Source: an uncultured Chloroflexia bacterium
GTDB lineage: Bacteria; Chloroflexota; Anaerolineae; Anaerolineales; E44-bin32
DNA length: 64,000 bases
NCBI GenBank assembly: GCA_963797485.1
Contig: CAWCPF010000003.1
Location: forward strand, 199,957 to 263,956
Direction: 5' to 3'
Below, in pieces: positions 59,099-64,000 of this stretch. The notes beneath the pieces were generated by a model. The model saw nothing but the letters and a program-made list of their open reading frames with translations. It did not search any database and was not told where the DNA came from. Position numbers and translations under genes: made by a program. The first letter of the stretch is position 1; each line of letters begins with the position of its first letter.

Positions 59099-60310
59099 GT
59101 GCGCATCCTGTATGTGGCCGATGGGAGAAGTCCGATCAGCCGGAGTTGGATGGCGCATTTCATCCAGGCGGGCGACGACGTCCATTTGGCTTCGACCTTT
59201 GAGTGCGAGCCCGTGGACGGTTTGGCCTCGTATCGGTTTGTGCCTGTCGGGCTGAGCCGCCGGCAAAGGACAGGCAGGCAAGCCCGGGCCGGCGGGCGTG
59301 GGCGGCGGCCATGGGGCGGGGTGAGGTTTCGGACCTGGGCTCGCGACTGGCTGGGTCCGTTGACGGTCGGCGCGGCGGCGCGCCGGTTGAGCCAGGTCCT
59401 GGACGAGGTGCAGCCTGAACTGGTGCATGCCATGCGCATCCCCTTCGAGGGCATTCTGGCGGCGGCGGCCGGGCCGCAGGCGCCGCTGCTGATTTCGTCG
59501 TGGGGCAATGACTTCACCCTGCATGCCGGTGCCGGTCCCCTGCTGTCCCGGCAAACACGCCAGACGCTGCAGCGCGCCGACGGATTGCATACCGATTGCC
59601 AGCGGGACCTGCGCCTGGCGTGGCGCTGGGGCTTCCCTCGCAACCGGCTGCAGGTGGTGCTTCCCGGCAATGGGGGCGTGCCGCGCCAGATTTTCCATCC
59701 TGGCGACTCGTTGTCGGACCAGGATGGATCGCCCCTGGCGCAGATCCTGGGTCATATTCCGCCCGCCGCGCCGGTGGTGGTCAACCCGCGTGGGCTTCGA
59801 GCCTATGTGCGCCAGGACACGTTCTTTGCCTCGATTCCCATCATCCTGGAACGCCATCCCCAATGCATGTTTGTGTGTCCGGCCATGGCGGATGAGCCCG
59901 AGGCCGCCGAATGGGTGAGCCGGATGGGGATCGCGGAGCATGTCCGTCTGCTGCCTCGCTTGTCGCCCGAGGGAATGGCGGCGGTGTTCAGGCGGGCGCA
60001 AGTGGCCGTCTCACCCAGCCAGCATGACGGGACACCCAACACCCTGCTCGAGGCCATGGCCTGTGGCTGCTTCCCCGTGGCCGGCGATCTGGAATCGGTG
60101 CGCGAATGGATCGAGCCTGGTGAAAACGGCCTGCTGGTTGACGCGTCGGACCCCAGGGCTCTGGCCCGCGCCACGGCCGATGCGCTGGACGACGCTGGAT
60201 TGCGCGAACGAGCTGCTCACCGGAACCAGGCTCTGGTGGCTGGCCGCGCGGACCGGATCCAGGTTATGAAGGCGGCACAGGCCTTCTACCGCCAATTGGC
60301 CTCAGCCTAG
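59099..60310 (+). CDS. GT4-family glycosyltransferase
   Basis: GTG start 2 nt after the upstream stop. 403 aa. ..SPSQHDGTPNTLLEAMACGCFPVAGDLESVREWI.. Confidence 0.8.
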   Translation: MRILYVADGRSPISRSWMAHFIQAGDDVHLASTFECEPVDGLASYRFVPVGLSRRQRTGRQARAGGRGRRPWGGVRFRTWARDWLGPLTVGAAARRLSQVLDEVQPELVHAMRIPFEGILAAAAGPQAPLLISSWGNDFTLHAGAGPLLSRQTRQTLQRADGLHTDCQRDLRLAWRWGFPRNRLQVVLPGNGGVPRQIFHPGDSLSDQDGSPLAQILGHIPPAAPVVVNPRGLRAYVRQDTFFASIPIILERHPQCMFVCPAMADEPEAAEWVSRMGIAEHVRLLPRLSPEGMAAVFRRAQVAVSPSQHDGTPNTLLEAMACGCFPVAGDLESVREWIEPGENGLLVDASDPRALARATADALDDAGLRERAAHRNQALVAGRADRIQVMKAAQAFYRQLASA

Positions 60311-60338
60311 CCGCTCATCCTGGCCGAAAGGGCCCCGA

Positions 60339-60349
60339 TGCTATAATCC
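60339..60349 (+). promoter_or_regulatory. extended -10 promoter element TGCTATAATCC (oxidoreductase gene)
   Basis: Identical 11-mer to 2914 and 47027; the shared block with 2914 is GATGCTATAATCCG. It lies ~60 nt upstream of ATG 60410. Confidence 0.55.
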
Positions 60350-60409
60350 GAACGCCCGGGCTTGCGCCGCTGGCGTATGGGTGCCCAGGCCGCCACTCGG
60401 ATCCGGCAG

Positions 60410-62577
60410 ATGAAACAGCTTATCCAGGATATGCGTTCAGGCGAAACCCACCTTGTCGACGTGCCCGTGCCTCAGCCTGGGCCCGGCGCCGCGTTGGTCC
60501 GGACGGCCGCCTCGGTGGTTTCCGCGGGCACCGAGCGGGCCACCACCAGCTTTGGGGAGAAGAGCCTGCTGGGTAAGGCCCGCTCACGGCCGGACCTCGT
60601 CAGTCAACTGGTCGACAAGGCACGGCAGGAGGGTCCGCTGGCTGCCCTTGAGACCGTGCGCACCCGGCTGGGACAGCCCATGACGCTGGGCTACAGCTCG
60701 TCGGGAACGGTGGTGGCCGTCGGACCCGGGTTGACCGAGTTTCACCCTGGTGACCGCGTGGTTTGCGCCGGAGGCGGCCATGCCGTCCATGCCGAGTATG
60801 CGCAAGTGCCAAGGCACCTGTTGGCGCATCTGCCGGACAACGTCAACTTCGAATCCGGCGCGTTTGCGACCCTTGGCGCCATCGCACTGCACGGCTTCAG
60901 ACTGTGCGGGGTTCAAGTGGGCGAGCAAGTGGCTGTGATCGGAATGGGGCTCCTGGGCCAGCTGGCCCTGGCCATCATCCAGGCATCCGGGGCGCGCGCC
61001 CTTGGGGTCGACCTGGCGCCCGAGCGAGTGGCGCTGGGGCGGGAACAGGGATTTGAGGCCGTCGTCCGGGCGGAAGCTGAATCGGCCGGTTTGGCTTTCA
61101 CACGAGGCGCCGGCTTTGACGCCGTGCTGATCTGCGCCGACACGACCGACGATGATCCGGTCGAACTGGCCGGGGAGCTGGCCCGGGACCGGGCGCATGT
61201 GGCCGTCATCGGCGCTGTCGGGATGAACCTGCCGCGGCGCCTGTACTACGCAAAGGAACTCCAGCTCGTGGTGTCGCGGTCCTACGGGCCCGGCCGCTAC
61301 GATCCGTCCTACGAAGACGCCGGCCACGACTACCCCGTTGGCTATGTGCGCTGGACGGAAGCCCGCAATCTTGAAGCCTTTGTGGCGCTCTTGGCCGGCG
61401 GCCTCGTCGACGTCACCCCCCTCATCAGCCATCGCATCCCCATTGACCAGGCTGCCGACGCCTACCGAGTGATTCGAGACCGCGAGTCCAGGTCACTGGG
61501 GGTCGTCTTGACCTACCCGGAGGCCGGAGTCCCCAGCCGATATGCCCGGCCGGCGGATCGAGTTGAAATCGCCTGCCGCCACCCACGCCGGCGGTCCGGC
61601 TCGGCGTGCTGGGCGCGGGTAATTTCGCCACCTCGACCGTTTTCCCAATCCTCGGCCGGCTCAAAGGCGTCGAAAAGGTCGGGCTGGCCTCGGCGGGCGG
61701 GCTGCGTGGGGCCGAAGCCGGACGGCGTTACGGTTTTGCGTACGCCACCAGCGACGAGCATGAGGTCTTCAACGATCCGAATATCAACACCGTCGCCATC
61801 CTGACCCGCCATGATCTGCATGCGCAGCAGGCGGTCGAGGGGCTGTCGGCCGGCAAGCACGTGCTGTGTGAGAAGCCGCCGGCGCTCACCCAGGCCGAGT
61901 TGAAAGAACTGCACGCGGCGCTTCAAACGGCTCACACACTGTACAGCGTCGGCTACAACCGGCGTTTCGCGCCCTTTGTCAAGGAGTTGAAAGCCCACTT
62001 CGACCCGGCCGGCGAGCCGCTGGCCTGTTTAATCCGGGTCAATGCCGGCTGGATCCCGGAAGACCACTGGGTGCAGGACCCGGAAGAGGGCGGCGGACGG
62101 CTGTTGGGCGAGGCCTGCCATTTCGTGGATTTGATGCTGGCCATCACCGGATCGCTGCCCGCCGAAGTCTGGGCCGGTGGGCTTCCCGATGCGGGCCGTT
62201 ACCGAGGCGACAATTTTGGACTGCAGGTTCGATTCGAAAACGGATCGCTTGGGACGCTGATCTACGTTGCCAACGGGGACCGCGGGGCCGGGAAGGAGCG
62301 CATCGAGGTCTTCGGCGGGGGCCGCTCCGGCGTGCTTGACGACTTCCGGACCTTGAAGCTGTTTGCAGGCAACACGCGCAAGTCTCGCCGGGCATGGCTG
62401 CGCCAGGACAAGGGACACCGCGCCCTGTGGGAGCAGTTTGTGAATTCTGTCACAAACCATGGCCAGCCGCCAATCCCTTACGAGCAAATCCTGGCCACGT
62501 CCATGACCACCTTTGCCGCCCTCGAATTGCTCCAGACTGGCGAGCCGGTGACCGTTCACAGCCTGCCCTTGGAGTGA
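60410..62577 (+). pseudogene. bi-domain oxidoreductase (Zn-ADH/MDR domain fused to Gfo/Idh/MocA domain), frameshifted
   Basis: The N-terminal part is an MDR-type dehydrogenase (..GYSSSGTVVAVG.., VAVIGMGLLGQLA). After a frame change near 61570-61600 the sequence reads VRLGVLGAGNFA...EKP (Gfo/Idh/MocA Rossmann). ATG 60410 is preferred to the track start 60362. Confidence 0.75.
62439..62454. promoter_or_regulatory. CRP/FNR-type palindrome TGTGA-N6-TCACA (site 8 of 8, intragenic)
   Basis: TTTGTGAATTCTGTCACAAA inside the oxidoreductase gene (read F-V-N-S-V-T), ~125 nt upstream of the heparinase-like gene start. Confidence 0.4.
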
Positions 62578-64000
62578 TGCTTTCCCCCAGCGCAGCGGTC
62601 GAAGCTGTCCGTCGCCTCGGCCTGAGGCCGCTGGCCCACTATGCCTGGTATCAACTGAAGCTGCGCAGCGGTTGGCTCCGCGTGCGCACCCCCGCGGGGA
62701 AGTGGACGGGCCAACTGCCGATGGCTTACAGGCAAGCCGCTCGGCCGGATGCTTTTCCAATGCCGGTCGATCACGTGCTGCAGGAGCGCCTGATGAGCCT
62801 GCCGGGGTCGAGCCGCGATCAGGCGGTCAGGGTTGCCGAGGACATTCTCGCCGGTCGATTTCGAGCTCTTCGGCCGCGTGCCGGTGAATTTGGGCATGCC
62901 GCCGAACTGGGGCAGGTTTGTGCCCCTCGGCGATGCGCTCTCGTCCCTCACCGTCGGCTCGGACCGTCATTGGTCGATGTACCGCCTGGACGCGCTGGGT
63001 GACGACGTCAAGCTGATTTGGGAGCCTTCGCGTTTCGGCTGGGTGTACGGCTTGGGACGCGCCTTCACCTGGACGGGCGACGCCCGCTTCGCCTCGGGTT
63101 TCTCGACCTTGTTGGCATCCTGGCTTGACTCGAACCCGCCCAACCTGGGGCCGCAGTGGATCTCAGGTCAGGAAGTGGCCATGCGCTTGATGGCGCTCAT
63201 CTTTGCCTGGCGCGCCTTCGGGTCGTGGCTCGATGGGCGTGAGAGCCAGCGGGCGGCGTTGGCCGAAGTCATAGCCGTGCACTGGCGCCGGCTTCCGCCG
63301 ACCCTGAACTACGCGCAAGCCCAGGACAACAATCACCTGCTGGTCGAAGCTGCGGCCCTGTTTGTCACTGGGCTGTGTTTCCCGGGTTGGTCCGAGGCCG
63401 CGAGATGGCGCAGCCTGGGCAGGGATTTGCTGGCCGGCGCGGCAGCCCGCCAGTTTTATCCCGATGGCGGTTATGTCCAACACTCGGTCAACTATGCTCG
63501 GTTGGCGCTTGAGACTCTGTTGTGGGCGGCCGCGGCCAGCCAGCGCGCCGGAGAACCGCTCCCCGAGGCGGCGCTGGCCGCCCTGGATCGCGGCGCCGAT
63601 TGGCTTGAGGCGATGACACTTGGCGCCGCCGGCCGGGCACCGAATTTCGGGCCCAATGACGGCGCCTATCTCCTGCCGCTGACGGCCTGCGACTACGCGG
63701 ATTTTCGCCCGACGCTTGACGCCATCCGGCGTTTCCGCGGCCGGTCGCGTCTGCCATTGGGTGCCTGGTCCGAACTGGGCCATTGGCTCGGGCTGCCGGT
63801 GGGGGCCGATTCGGAAGCCGCCAGGCCGTCCACTGCCCTGGATGACCGCCCTCTGGCCGGGCAGTACTTCCAGGGCTCTGGGCGCCTGAGGACCGTCTTG
63901 CGTTGTGCCCGCTTCGACCGCCGCCCCGGGCACGCCGATCAGCTGCACCTGGACGTTTGGTACGACGGGCAGGCCGTGACCCTGGATCCTGGCACCTATC
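62577..64000 (+). pseudogene. heparinase II/III-like (alginate-lyase-fold) protein, +1 frameshift, 3' end outside window
   Basis: ATG 62577 (TGATG overlap). After an extra C at 62862 the next frame reads ..ELFGRVPVNLGMPPNWG...WISGQEVAMRLMAL...QDNNHLLVEAAAL...HADQLHLDVW.. and stays open to the window end. Confidence 0.7.

Noticed and set aside
9613-62862. The frameshifts as programmed ribosomal frameshifting.
   Set aside because: No slippery heptamers or downstream pseudoknots were seen at the sites. They occur in about 14 unrelated genes, and most look like single duplicated bases. That pattern points to sequence error or decay.

Overview
GC-rich bacterial chromosomal window (about two-thirds G+C by eye). 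It is densely coding, and I recognised no rRNA, tRNA, CRISPR array, transposase or integrase. Gene content and leader types suggest a Chloroflexota-like organism, but that is inference only. Left to right: a pstA-pstB-phosphoesterase-phoU operon, a P-type cation ATPase, an MFS transporter, and an orphan ~300-nt structured RNA with its own promoter and terminator. Then hpt (twice frameshifted), DUF1684, dnaK, a BON protein, ilvE, DUF92 and glgC. Next comes a five-gene peptide/nickel-type ABC operon with an M24 peptidase, a GT2 glycosyltransferase, an ICMT-like methyltransferase, a DinB-like protein, and sbcD-sbcC separated by a tandem hairpin/micro-ORF repeat. These are followed by a large GAF/PAS histidine kinase, an epimerase, a thiolase and a UbiA prenyltransferase. 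An ACR3 arsenite pump carrying an in-frame TAG sits between a 5' aquaporin fragment and an intact aquaporin gene. After that: a T-box leader plus serS, an envelope cluster (HEAT, Trm112, VanW, lipoprotein), an M32 carboxypeptidase, a serA-like dehydrogenase, rpiB and a membrane-EEP fusion. The window ends in a polysaccharide locus (wecC, wecB, three GT4, an FkbM methyltransferase, a bi-domain oxidoreductase, a heparinase II/III-like protein). Main second-look items: (1) the unclassified structured RNA at 9.0-9.35 kb; (2) eight perfect TGTGA-N6-TCACA palindromes, far more than composition predicts; (3) the chain of overlapping micro-ORFs and hairpins between sbcD and sbcC; (4) the aquaporin 5' duplication bracketing ACR3; (5) a dispersed GC-rich palindromic repeat; (6) about 20 insertion-type frameshifts in otherwise well-conserved genes, which more likely reflect unpolished sequence than biology. 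All calls rest on reading the translations and sequence by eye; no database search was run.
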